From NCBI GenBank assembly GCA_002633005.1, contig NMRA01000877.1, positions 1-64,000 on the forward strand: DNA of 64,000 bases. Direction: 5' to 3'. The DNA comes from Phoronis australis. Taxonomy: Eukaryota > Animalia > Phoronida. Shown here in pieces: positions 51,681-64,000 of this stretch. A program made the position numbers and the translations under genes. The first letter of the stretch is position 1; each line of letters begins with the position of its first letter. A model generated the notes under the pieces. It was not told where the DNA came from and did not search any database. It worked only from the letters and a program-made list of their open reading frames with translations.

Positions 51681-54009
51681 GATAATCACTGAAATGTATA
51701 AAGTTTGCAAAATGGTATTATACAATGATTAACCTTTTTCGTCGCTATAATTGTACATGTATAGTAGAGTACCTACTGTTCAGTTCCGGTTGTTTATAAA
51801 CCGTCAAGACGAACAGCTGTCGGGGGCCGCTCGATCGATATCCGGCGAGCCATTACATCACTGCATTCCCAAAGTTTTTAGTATGGGTCTAAAAATTCCT
51901 TGACCCGACGCCACTTGATTTATTTTAACAAAAAGATCTAAGGCATGCGTTCGTGCGAAACACTTGAACACAAAGTAGAAAATTTTAATAAAAACCCATG
52001 GAAATCGATGAGCAATATGCTTGCATGATGTAAAGTCGTGTCATTGTATGCAACAATTGACCAATGGAACTGTACATGTTTGTGTACGTGTGCGTATTCG
52101 GAATTGAGGGTATAAGTCAGTTTGGATAAAATGTGGCAGCAAAATTTTTCAAAACGATAGAATTACAATAACTGATATGTTAACAATGAAAAAAAGAAGA
52201 ATGCACGACACCAAAAGCACCCTGTACTGGTCAGGCACGCACATTTAGTGTATACATCGGTTACCCGCGTGTGCCTGTGAACACCATTGCTTGGGCGGCC
52301 GAAGACGGGGGTCTACGTATGCATTTGCAGAGACCCAATTTCCCGAAATGTGATTGGAATTGTCTACTTAACGTTATACCAAGGAATGATCATTACAATA
52401 ATATGCAGACGTTTTTTTTCAAAAAAATAAAAGCCTATAAGGGCTGCTGAGGTGTCGCAAGGAAAATTACTTCAGTGATGCGCTATTTTTCTTTACATGT
52501 AACTATCTAGCATTACCAGGAAGAGATAACCACATTCTGGTATTACTTGTCCTTGTACCTAATTCATCTTAGCGTGGCGAACTGGTTATTTGTACAGTTT
52601 GAAACGACATGGTCTCACAGTTCAAAATGTTGTATTATAGAGTATTCTGTAAAACAACTTAACACGCCGAGGTACTAGAGTTTTAAAAAGGCGTTTGCAT
52701 TATTAATGTTTACCAATATTAATTTTTACGCTACTCAGTGTACCATGCGATCATGATGTGGGGAATCACCGTTTTTTCCGTCAATAACAAGCACACTTCC
52801 ATATTATTGGCCATCCAGAACGAGAAGGACAAGAAAAATGGTCACACGGAACCAATACATTGAGATACCGTAACCATTTCAAACAATAAAGTTTTGATTT
52901 ATTTCAAAATATATTTCTTTCAAAATATATTTATTTCAAAATATCACCATCAATCAGTAAAATCGCACCGTGACAGTAAAAGAGAAATGTGTATCAGGTA
53001 GAAAATTACTGTGCCGTTCTGGTATCATAAATGCACTCCACTTCAGCAAAATTCAGATTTCAACCAACTCTACGGCAATCCTTCAATTCAGTTGAATCCG
53101 ACATTTACTGGCACATAATTGTGTTACTATAGTACATTTATATTGACAACACCCCGCCACAAAATAAATAAAACGGCAAAACCCAAAGGTCGTAAACTCT
53201 ACCTGCCCTGTCCTACATAGGCAGGCAATAACACTCTGTAAGTATCAGAAGACCAAAAACAGGACAAAAATGATGATTTTCCTCAAGTAAGACAGTTGCA
53301 GATTTTAAAAGCTTGCCAGACTACAGAACATTTGTCCCGTCTCTTGAAATCTACAGGAACAACCCATCTACTGTCTCAATATAACAATGTGGGGTGTAGC
53401 ATTCTTGGGCTATCCCTTCCTTCGATCCTGTTCTATTCTTAGTAACCTGGCTACAATAATAAATCTTCGAATTGGTGTCCACTTTGTAAAAATGCACGAC
53501 TATTAATCTTGTAGTCACTTTTTGTGTTTCTTCGTTGCTGGAAAACAACAGGTATCATGGTCACTAAACCCTTAAAGACATATCGGACTTAGAAGGAAAG
53601 TCAAGTAAAAGACCATGAAACATCGACTTAAGTGGGTGATCTAGGGACCAAATTCAAATGAACAATACTGTTTCTGCGATGGGATTCTCAACCACAGAAT
53701 CATTTTATTTCAGTTTCAAATTTTAAACCTCGAAAGACAAAAAGTGATATCATTGATTCAGGGTCTAATCTTTATACAAGAAATCAAACTTTATTTTTTA
53801 CTTTTATATTTTCTGCTATAACTAAAGAACCTTTAGTTCTGTGCTCAAGCATGCAGTGATTTTTTCGATGTTTTTCAAATAATCTTAGTTTGCACTTGTT
53901 GATGCTAACATAAAAGCTATGAGTTTTTACTTGGAATCGCGTGTTGTTACCAATATTGGTTCCTAGGTACTACACAGTAGGCCTACACACTCATTTCCAC
54001 TAACATGGT

Positions 54010-54585
54010 TCATCAGCAAGATGGCGGACAACTCCGCTCAACGAAATCCACGTGACTAGTTATACTTATCTCATTGGTTCAAACAAACAGGAGACTCGTC
54101 ACAGAGTGAACATGGGTGTTTGGGAAGAAATTTTGGTATATAGCCATTCTTGATTAAATCCATGAGCGGCGTTCTACTCAATTTTTTACTGAATTGAGCC
54201 CAAATACCATGTGGCAGCATAGATTATAGACCACAGATTCGCAACTTCGACATTTTCGTGCTTACTATCCTAGAGGAGGCGCCACTCTTCTAAATTATCT
54301 GTTGCCATATGCGAGGCCTGCGCACGTCTGGTACAACGTGTATCAGACCGCCTGCAATTATTTTTTATTATATAAATTATCTGTTGCAGTTTCCGGTTTG
54401 TGTAGTATTGTCACCACACAACAACCGACCATAATTAGCAGACGACGTCCCTGCCGGAAATAACGCTAGATAAATTGGCCATGTGTCGCCAATGAGAAAT
54501 GACGCCATTGCCTCTGTAAGAGCTCAGCTTTCGTCCATTGAAAGGATACGGAGTTGGCATTGCGTGAGTTAAATGGCGGGTCTTT
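54010..54585. promoter_or_regulatory. Promoter-like motif cluster with no assigned gene
   Basis: YY1-like AAGATGGCGG (54018) and AAATGGCGG (54571), CACGTG (54049), reverse CCAAT and ETS-like CCGGAA. Could equally be a transposon end. Confidence 0.25.
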
Positions 54586-55294
54586 GGAGTCCAACATGAA
54601 TGTTAAATCTTAAAAAATGTGTCAATAATTAAGCAGAGTAGTTAGAAAAATACAGTTAAAGAACAAGTCAATGCACCAAAGAGTTGTCTGACGAAAGGAT
54701 ATAAGTATTTTCTGGAAAACTAAGTTCGAAACATGAAAAGTAAACATGACCAAATTGCGGCGATCGACTGTTACGGAATAGGTATCATGCTGAATGCAGG
54801 GTTACATTTCTTCTAATAAATTCTTGATAAAAGTGCTTTCTACACGAACCAGGTCATCTGTTCGTATTCTTGACGAGTTGAAGATATATTCGACAGTGGT
54901 GGCTCATGGCATTTTGCTGTCAAGAGCAATTAGTCATATCTGGTTTAATTTTTTGATCAAGAGTAGGCCTAACACCTTCAAGCATAGCCTACGTCCTGGT
55001 GAAGTAGGCACTACCGGGACTAACAGTTGATTTGTCATTGATCTGAAATAATACTTGATGTTATTAAATATATATTTTGATTACGATAAAAAGCAGGCTC
55101 GCAATTGAAAATAAAAATTATATGACCATCAATTCTTTTTTCTTGGTTTTAATAATTACGTCTATTTCATGTGTTATATTTGAAAAATATCAATCTCGAA
55201 CTAGTTGAATTTTAAAATTAAAACAACTAATTCTTTCGTCCAAAGCATAACCTCGTTTTAGAGCTCAATTTCAGTTAGTTAACTGGAAAGAACA

Positions 55295-55449
55295 CAGTGG
55301 CGGATTTAGATGGGAGCCAAGAGGGCCATGCCCACCCCTAAACTTCTCCCAGATTCCATTTGGCAGTTCAGGAGCGTGAATGTGTGACGGGCAAAATCCT
55401 GGCTAATACTCTGCCTTGCCCACCCAACTCAAAGTCCTGGATCCCCCTG
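55295..55449. mobile_element. MITE with a perfect 5-bp TSD
   Basis: GAACA|CAGTGGCGGAT...ATCCCCCTG|GAACA. Confidence 0.85.
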
Positions 55450-55650
55450 GAACAAGCATACAATTGTAGTTATCGTGTTCCTTCAGAGGCCTCGTTCATA
55501 TCCGTGGGGAAAGGTGCCTGTGCGGCCTTCTGAGAGGGGAACGTTTCGCCAAGTGACGGGTCAGTGAAAAATAATACTGACCTCCCTATCACCGTCAGTA
55601 GCACCCCACCCTGTTGCAAGCTGTCATAGCTCTGTCTCAAGTAGCATTTT

Positions 55651-55950
55651 CAGTGGCTGATCTAGGATACCACGAGGGGGTGGGGCGACATATCCTTGGA
55701 GAAGCGTCGGGGCAAAGCGCGATTGCATGCACGCAGGCGGCCCGGAGGTTGCGGGCGCCGAGGATGCATGCCTTCTGCTCAGGAAATCTGTCGTTGGACT
55801 GAAATAAAAAAACGGAACGTGTTTCCCCCCTCGTCCGCTACCGGTCCTAGCTCGAACTCAGTATTTCCTCCCGCGTCACGTGCGTTTTGCTGGTTTATTT
55901 TGCTTGCGACTGTCAAGGGGGGGGGGCGGTCCCCCCTAAATCCGCCTATG
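55651..55950 (+). mobile_element. MITE with a perfect 5-bp TSD
   Basis: ATTTT|CAGTGGCTGATCTAGG...CCTAAATCCGCCTATG|ATTTT. Confidence 0.85.
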
Positions 55951-56034
55951 ATTTTGTACTTTTCAAATTGACACCTCTGTGTTCACAGGTGGTTTGAACC
56001 GTTGGAGAGAAATTTTCAATCACTAAGGGAATAT

Positions 56035-56226
56035 TTAGGCCTCCTGGGGCCGGGATTTTAGCGTGATTTTTCAATATTTTTGAGAGGGGAATAAGGCCGA
56101 TATTTGGCCCCAAAATTGAGGGATTAGATTAGGCCTCGTGGGACCGGGAATTTCGCGTGATTTTTCAATACATTTGAGAGGGAATAGGGCCGATATTTGG
56201 CCCCAAAATTGAGGGATTGAGGGCCC
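56035..56226. repeat. ~94-bp tandem duplication
   Basis: ttaggcctc...ggccgatatttggccccaaaattgagggatt occurs twice. Confidence 0.9.
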
Positions 56227-57311
56227 TGCATCGCGCTTCAACCCATAGTCATGAAAACACAGCCTGGCTGGCCGAAGATTCTCCGGTCCTCGTTTCTATG
56301 GCGGCATCCGAGATGCGATAAATTATGATTCGATAAAAGTTATAAATTTTACACGGACATATTTTCCTTCGTCGCGGAGTATGACAAGGACCCAACGCTT
56401 CCGAATCCCAACGTCCTTTGGGATTGTAAAACAGACAGTTGAGTGTCCGTATTTTTTCTAGATGTTCGAGCAACGCGGAGTAGATACTCAACTGAAGCCA
56501 CCAGAGCTATCGTAGCGAGCCTCGTTTTGGAACGCGCCTCCTGTCGGCGTGAATAAGGTCTATAGTCTATGGTGGAAGATTGTACCCAGCCAAGCAGTGT
56601 CAGTCTCCTATATTTTGTGTTTTCTCTCTCCAGTTATTTTCTACTTCAGTCGCTCCCGTAATTGTTTTGGAAGTCAGTTCCATGATCAAGCCTAACTTAT
56701 TGCTTCATTGCCTGGAATAAACAAATGAGGAACTTGAGAGACAGTTCCAGACTAACAGAGATATCTCGGGTAAATAAGTTCATTTACAAATCAGTTACTT
56801 AACCTGGTCATACTTTTCACTCACAGGCCTGTGGGCCTGGTTGAATGCCGGGAATAGTCTGGCCTTTGACGTCTTTTCATCTCCTGTCTGATGGACATTA
56901 ACCTATCAAAATGCATGTATGTGTTTTTTTTTAAACTAGCTACTTAGGGTATTAAACTCGCGTTACTGTATTTTATGGAAAGAAGTGATTTCTGAGTTTT
57001 ATTCTGCAATTACAAATAAACTATTGAGTGACTTATGTATTTTCGTAAGTTTCGAAAAAACATATCATGTGCTTGCATACGGTACGTGCATGGTAATACA
57101 TGCGTGTATGAGTTATAAGTGTTTCATTATGTTTCTATGACAATTTCTATGACAATTTCTATGAATTCACTTATACCTGTGAAATAAAGTTAAAAACGTT
57201 TCCGTGGTAAGAAGATTGCAATACTTTGTGTTACTGAGAGCGTGCATGGTACTTGCTATTTTTCCCGCTCTTTACGGATTGTCTCATTTTGTTTTAATTT
57301 TTCTCGCTTTC

Positions 57312-57835
57312 CCGCCTCCTGCAGGTAGGTAGATGACGTCATCAACAGGCTCACAATTTGAGAGACACCAAAAAAACACGCCTTTCAACTAATTCAACTA
57401 TTTCCACTAATCGCTGCGCCACCTGCCTACAGACAGATAACGTCAGCAAAGGCTCACAACTTGAGAGACACCAAATACGAATTTCAACTAATTTAGCTAT
57501 TCCCACTAATCGCTGCGTCACCTGCAGGCAAGTCAGTGACTCTCAGGTCTTTCCTTCTCACAATGCTAGTACCACTTCAGATGTTGCTACAATTGGTAGA
57601 ATAAGTTAATTAGATTAGAGCTGGATAGGTTGAGAGAAATTGGGATTAGTTGCATTAGACTAAAATCAACTATTCCTACTAATCGCAGCGCCACCTGGGG
57701 ACTGTTAGATAACGCATGTGACGTCAACCACAGGCCCACAATTTTAGAGGCATCAATCACGCATTTCAACAAATTCTACTATTCCCACTAATCATTGCGC
57801 CACCTGCTGGGCAGTCTGATAACAAAGTCAGCAAG
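57312..57835. repeat. Diverged ~100-bp tandem array, each unit carrying a GCGCCACCTG-like motif
   Basis: ctatt(c/t)c(c/t)actaatc..(t/a)gcg(c/t)cacctg with cores at 57416, 57515, 57688 and 57797. Confidence 0.85.
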
Positions 57836-58054
57836 AAGCTCGCATGGTCTAGTGATGGCAGAATAAGTTAGGATTAGTTGGGTATGCAACTAAATATTCT
57901 GACATGTATGTCGGACCTATGAAACGTTCTTCAAACCTTGCTCGAATCTAATTCCGTATGTCCTTGTAGTTCATTCTGGTCGTAGCTTTGTACTTCGGTT
58001 TATAATGCAACAGACAAATGTTAGTGGTTGATTGCATGCCAACGGTGGGTACGT

Positions 58055-58122
58055 CATGGGCGGCGCAGAACTGAAATAAGTGGGGTTTATGCCCCCCAGC
58101 ACCCTATGGTGCGTCGCCCATG
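58055..58122. mobile_element. 68-bp MITE
   Basis: TACGT|CATGGGCGGCGCA...TGCGTCGCCCATG|CACGT. Confidence 0.75.
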
Positions 58123-59212
58123 CACGTACCACGAACGCTAAACACTATTCTTTAACACTAGTTACCTTAAGATCGCGAACCAGATACGATTGTGTACATC
58201 CAAGTCTAAAATCTAATATTTAAAATTAAATAGTTCTATTTAGTAATGGTTATACTAATTATTTTGTTGATAACCACGTTCTGCAGTTCCTTCGTATTAA
58301 GGAATGACTCTTAAGTTGTCACTGAACCAGACGATAATACAGTTAAGAATGTGTATTATGAGAATCGTGTGTCTAATGATTAACTGAGTGACGAACAAGT
58401 GTGCGTAAGAAAATTATTCGTGACAATGTCAATGTCGTCAAACCAGCTAGGCGACACATTGAAGCAATTTATTCACTATCAAGACAATAATGTCACGATT
58501 ATCTATTTATGAAAAACAACTCCGGTCGGGAAACACTGCGACCAATAGCGACATATGTAACGACGCCTTGTTTATGAATTCTCGTGTTTTATGGATGGAT
58601 GTCCTTTTTGCAGAACATCCACCTTTCATAGCTAACATATTACTCTAATACATCTTACAACTTATCGCAACAATTTTGGCCGTTGTGAGCGGCTGAAACT
58701 GACACCCGCAAAAATTGCAAAAATGTACATGGGGAAATTGTGAGTGACAAGTAGGGCCTGCTGTACTCAGTGACTCAGCTGTGACACATTTTGGGCCTGC
58801 ACTGTGCGTTGTTTTCAAACCTAAGTTTGCTTAAAAGCGTTCACCTCAGCAATATTTATTAAAGGTTGCCAATGCACCTTCCACACTAGGCGTACTCTCG
58901 TAAAGAATCTATTCACTTCTGCCATTCTACGCGGCCTCATCAGAGACACCCCCGCTTCTATTGAAATCCTGCGCCCTCTTTCAATAAGGTGCTGTTTAGT
59001 TTGCGCGCTATGTATACTTGAGATAATAACAATGCTGGACGATATGGTTTGTGGATGTTCAGTGAACCTAGCTAAGCAAAGCTGTAAATCTTTATGAGAC
59101 AAATCCCACGCTAAAATTTGGAGTTTTGTGACAACACGAGGTAGGCTCGGTACGCGAGCCTAAGCCAGACTGTGACTAACGCATCCTACATTGTAATTGA
59201 GTCACAAATTAA

Positions 59213-60778
59213 AGGAGAATGCCACCCGATTTAATTAGTCTTTTATACCGTTTTAATCGGTCTATATCCACATCGCCTCTTATACGGTCAACCTCACCTT
59301 GCCGAGAGGTGTCGCGTTAACCTGTGAGGAAGGTGAGAACCGACGCAGCGACGTCTGTGGTTCATCTGCAGAGTGAATGTCGCTATATTGCGGTACATCG
59401 ATCGTTCCCGCTTGTCCGAACTATGGAGCTTCGAAGAAAGCGGGTATATCGCGTTTTCGACTTCCTCGAAAGCCCCAAATGCTAAGGAAGTGGCTTGCGG
59501 TGGTGAAGAATGAAAGGTACGCTGTTAATAACAAGTGAAACATCTCCGTGTCTGATCTCTGACAAAATGCGGCTTACCAAAAACTATTCATCACTTCCAT
59601 TGCCTGTGAATGTACACCGCGCCTCTCTAGTATTTCTTAATTGATCAGTGTATTCAGGTTCGAACTGATAGCCTGTGAAACCTAACGATCCGACCCTTAA
59701 AGTCTTCGTCGGATGAGCTCTTGACTAAGTCGGGATTGGCGCCGGGCGAGTTGCCATGTACACGTTTATTATTCTGCGTTGTTTCAAAATGAATTATTCT
59801 CATCCTAACCAATGCTTATATGAAACTGAAACCAAGCCTGTCTCATATTAGATACAATTTATAATGCCTAGGAGTGCTCGTGAGTGCAAATGTTTTGAGA
59901 AGCCAGCAGTGAATAAACCACTGCGTTACCGGCTTCTGATGTCGGCAACAAAGGTAACTGACCGGGCACCGAGTCCGTGTGAGCGCATGCTAATTCAGTG
60001 TTTGCTGACAGAAAGCTGTTGTGAAACAATTACTCGATTTTATATACATGTACTATGGTCACTTGTTAGGGGAATCTTTAGTTAGAAATGCAAATACATT
60101 ATTCAAATCATTGTTACTGTACAACATTTGCCATGACGGTCTGTGGAAGGTGAACATGACTTTGCGGCCCCCGACCATTAAGTAGGTTTTCAGTTTCGCT
60201 GCTAATTCGCATAAATAACTACGCGCACATTATTTCTTTGGTTCACCATTAAAGTCTTTTCGTGACTGGAGGTTTAGTTTCCAACTCAAGCTGGTTTATG
60301 TCCGTGCCAGACCCGGCGGCCGCGACGGGCCTGATCGGGTTCCGTGCCACTGGATGGGATAACGAGCGTTTTGTGTGTTTAGAACTCAAAAAATCACAAG
60401 TATAAACAACACAGATCTAGGTTCTCCTGTCTGTATTTCACGGAAGAATACTGTTCAAATTCATCTCTGAACAGACCCCAAACTCCTTCTACGGACCTTG
60501 GTAAAGTGTCCTGCCGAACATTGTAGGAAAGTTGTGCCCAAATACCAGTATTTATTGGTGTTAAACGATGAATTCAAGGGATAAGCTGATACCACTAACA
60601 CGTGTTGTGAACTGCTGAACAGAGTGCGTGGGAAACCAATTACGTCATTGGGTAATATCAACACCTCCGTCTGCCGTCGTGTGTCAGGTAACGCAACGGA
60701 ACCTACCGTTATCGAGTAGAACTGCTCGATCTAAATTGATTCAAAATACATAGGTTGTTTTTTGGGTGGCATGCTCCT
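59213..60778 (+). mobile_element. Kolobok-type element, copy 4 (opposite orientation)
   Basis: TTAA|AGGAGAATGCCACCC ... GGGTGGCATGCTCCT|TTAA; reverse complement of copy 1, with a THAP remnant near 59377-59550. Confidence 0.9.
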
Positions 60779-61561
60779 TTAATATTCGATAACTTAGCCG
60801 CGATGTTGAAGGGAACCTATTCGCTAATTACTCTGATAATGCATCGATTTCAAAAATTCAATGACGCCTTCCATTTAGTTTCAATTTTAAAACCGGCCAC
60901 GTTAGCCTTTTGTCTTCTGTTCGTTTTCTAGACTACGCAAAACAGACTTGTTGGCTTACGATTGCAGTTACCTCATCCAACATGTATAGCGACTAGGTCA
61001 CTTCAATCCGTGACTGCGTCATCAAGCCTTTGAAGTGCAGATGACTTCGCTGAACACTGTGGGGTAAACAGTGCATGCTTTCTCCATTAGCGTGCAAATC
61101 CAGTTAGCATAAGATTTGCCTGTTTCCAAAACCATATATGTTATAACTAAATGTATGCGCTCTCCAAACTTAAAATATGGGGGGCTCGAATTTTTCAGTA
61201 TGTGTACCTTTTACTAAACAAAAACGAGGACTTCAAAAAAGAGAAGAAAATGGTATTACGTTTGCGCTGAATTCTTGTGGATTTTCGTCAAGTTTTCCCG
61301 GACTTCTTGTTTCTCTTTGGCGAACTTTTTTGCCTACTTAGGCAAATGGAGGAGCTCGTTCGAGTCCCCAGAGCGGCCCTCGCCTGCATGCGTGCGCGCA
61401 TGGTTGGTAAGGCCTGTCCATTTTCGAAATTCACTATAGGCCTAGCTATTTTCGAAATGAACACAACATATAATAAATTAGTGTCTTGTGATTTAATTGT
61501 ACTCGGTTTTCTTATAGTGTGTCATAACCATGCAGGTATCACTTAATTTTCCTCGGGAATT

Positions 61562-62004
61562 TGTTTACACCGGCGTTTCTGATTGGCTAGTCGAATTGTG
61601 AACAGGCAACACTTTACGCAAACAAACTGGCATGACTGATGGACTGAAGTGTAAAATGTGATACGTTGTTCAGACAAATCGGTGCTTAAAATTTATGTTC
61701 AGGAAATGTGAATCCTAGAAATTGTGATCGCGCCTTTTCCGCCGGAGTGCTTCTTTCTACTGTCGACCGAAGGCATTTGCTTACGATACTGTCCTGTATT
61801 TATCCAGTATGAATAACGCACCGGTTAAATCGGCCAAATGTATTTATTGTACATGTATGTGCTTCAACTACGCGGCTATTAAACATCACTACAGAAACGA
61901 AATATTTGCAGCGGCGCCACTTGCATGACAAGGCTAAAATCGTTCACAGTCCGCCATTTTTTCATGGTGTTGTAAAGCTAACCAATGACTGCTGAGGTTA
62001 CGTC
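61562..62004 (+). repeat. Family D repeat, copy 2
   Basis: Aligns with 3905-4360. Confidence 0.85.
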
Positions 62005-63067
62005 ATAGACTATATTACATGGACCGCCTACTCCGTATACTTTCAATGGACGAAATCTGTGATCTTACGCAAAAGCCCTTACGTCATTATTCACTGGCTA
62101 CACCTGGCTAAATTTTCTGGTGCAATTTCCGGCAAGTACGTCGTCTGCTAATCATGGTCGGCTACCGTGTGGCCGGTTGTTCGGCAAAGGAATTAGCGTC
62201 CATACCATCCGAAGACCCCATAATCGGCTGTGGGAAGAAAAGCTTACTTCTTGTGTCAACGTGAATGGCAGTTGTTTCAGCAATAAGACTTTATACATTT
62301 GTTGAAGGCAATTCGAAGATGAATGTTTTTAAGAAGCTCTACTACTTCATCCAGTCCTCACAAATCCATTTTTCTTTTCTCCGTTTTGATGAAAACTATC
62401 TGGTAAACTTTTTGACGAAAATAGTCCGCTAAATTTCTTCCAAAGGTAGTGAGGCATGAACTCCCGTCCTTACGAGGAACTTCAGTCATAGTCTAGTGAG
62501 CGAATTAACCAAATTACTCTCCGCTGGCCCTGATCAGACGGTTGATCCAACAGAATGCGCAAATTTGGCCAGGATTTGGATCAGCGATTTCAACAAATTC
62601 ACATCCGTATACAAATAAATGGAACGCTGGTAAAACCTTTCACATAAATAAAGATTACATTAATACTTCAGAAATAACCACCTGGACCAGTCAAACTCTA
62701 TCTCGCAATTCAACAGCAGGTTACACAATATATGCCGCACAAAATCTCTCGACTGCAGTCTATGAAAATGCAACCAACTTCTTTGAAAACATGGAAAAGG
62801 AACACCAGAGGGGTGTGAAGGTTGTTTTTATTCTTCAATGTTAAATTCTTGTAAGCAGACAAATGTTTTTTACATTTCCGCCTTAAGTCTTAACATTTCT
62901 AAACTTAAGCCATTCAAGCGAACGTTTATGACGAAAACAAAATTCTTCAACCAGTTTTGTAAAGTAATATGCCACCTGTAGGGTACATAATGAGCCAATC
63001 CCACTCCTAATGTAACAAAAGAGTCCCGTGCATAAAGGGTACTAAGTATTGCCCTTATGAAATATTA

Positions 63068-63135
63068 CCGTATTCGCCCTAATAAGCGGCCAGGGCGCTT
63101 AGAAAAATCCGCTTCAGGAAGGGGGCGTTTATTAT
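63068..63135 (+). mobile_element. Left end of a pogo/Tc1-type element
   Basis: TA|CCGTATTCGCCCTAATAAGCG with internal GGGCGCTTA and GGGCGTTTA motifs. No matching right end seen. Confidence 0.45.
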
Positions 63136-64000
63136 AGCCCAAAAGTGGTTGAAACCCTGTCTCCGAAACAGGTGAAATCGTAAGCTAGACTTCATCAAAT
63201 TTACGCTCTGTGACGAATATGTAACCTGTGACAGAGTTTCTACAAAACTGCAGTGCATTGCTATCAAACTCTGTAGTCAACTTACGAGCATTTTTCAGAA
63301 AATCCCACTGCCAAAAATTGCCGTGAATCAGGTTTCAAGGTCCTCAGCTTGGTTTAACTATACATTAATAAACCATAACAATGGTTCCAAGTGATCAGTG
63401 CATGTGCCTTCGCACGTCTAATAAATGTGTATCATGCAGCTCCTGATTTAAACAAAGGTCTGTTTTTTAATTTAATTTTGGTCCGGTATAAATAACGCCA
63501 CAGACCTGGAAATCCAGCGAAACACTTCTACCTTACAAATCTGACAATCCCTAGTCTCAGAAAATTTGAGCACCCGGCAAAAGATACTACTGAATGATGA
63601 AATTCTGGTGATGATAATCACCCACTTTGTTTATTTACTTCACCTCAATTTGAACTACGTGGTAAAATGAAGCCCATTCGAGTAAGCATCATGTGGGTCC
63701 CAATGCGAACCCAATATATGATAGAACCCAACAAGTTCATGTTACAGTCAAATCAGGATGGGCATAACTAAGGAAATTTACTGTACCAACAGATTGGCCA
63801 AATAAGAATAAGGTAAAAAGTTTTGCTACAGTGCACACGTGCGCGATACTTGGTCTACTATTTTCCCGCCGTAAATGCATGAACCAATCAGATCACCAAT
63901 GGCGCAAAGTTTTGGAAAACAGCTCGAGTTTTAGGGAGTCCTGCTACTGTTCTATTTATTTTCAAAACTTTATTGTGTCACATTTAATTTATTTTCTATT

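Noticed and set aside
54900-55040. LKVLGLLLIKK as the tail of a Penelope GIY-YIG domain
   Set aside because: The similarity is too short and is interrupted by stops.
62004-62498. CATAGACTAT...ATAGTCTA possible MITE (similar at 56243-56571)
   Set aside because: The inverted match is only about 8 bp, with no TSD and no second copy in the window.
62542-62844. 100-aa T/N/S-rich ORF
   Set aside because: Non-ATG start, no domain and no clear exon borders.

Overview
AT-rich, intron- and repeat-dense eukaryotic DNA, most consistent with an invertebrate animal. It is a draft assembly, with an 87-N gap at 6483-6569 and single Ns at 1233 and 16665. Only one host gene is well supported: a minus-strand MFS transporter (MFSD4/sodium-dependent glucose transporter 1-like). 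Its coding exons lie at 35102-34956, 23883-23750 and 11613-10466; a required second exon could not be found. The introns and flanks are filled with transposons: a decayed two-gene PIF/Harbinger element, an AcademX relic carrying nested insertions, four copies of a non-autonomous Kolobok-type element with a THAP remnant, Tx1/L1- and CR1-type LINE fragments, TA-flanked elements, and many CAG/CAT-ended elements with 5-bp target duplications. Most short ORFs in the supplied track are noise. I found no convincing new multi-gene system. The best leads are TACATGTA excision footprints, the 5-bp-TSD element set, a Y-shaped palindrome, an orphan TRPM-like exon, a CTCF-motif array and two degenerate hammerhead-like folds. 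All family assignments come from motif recognition by eye, not database searches.
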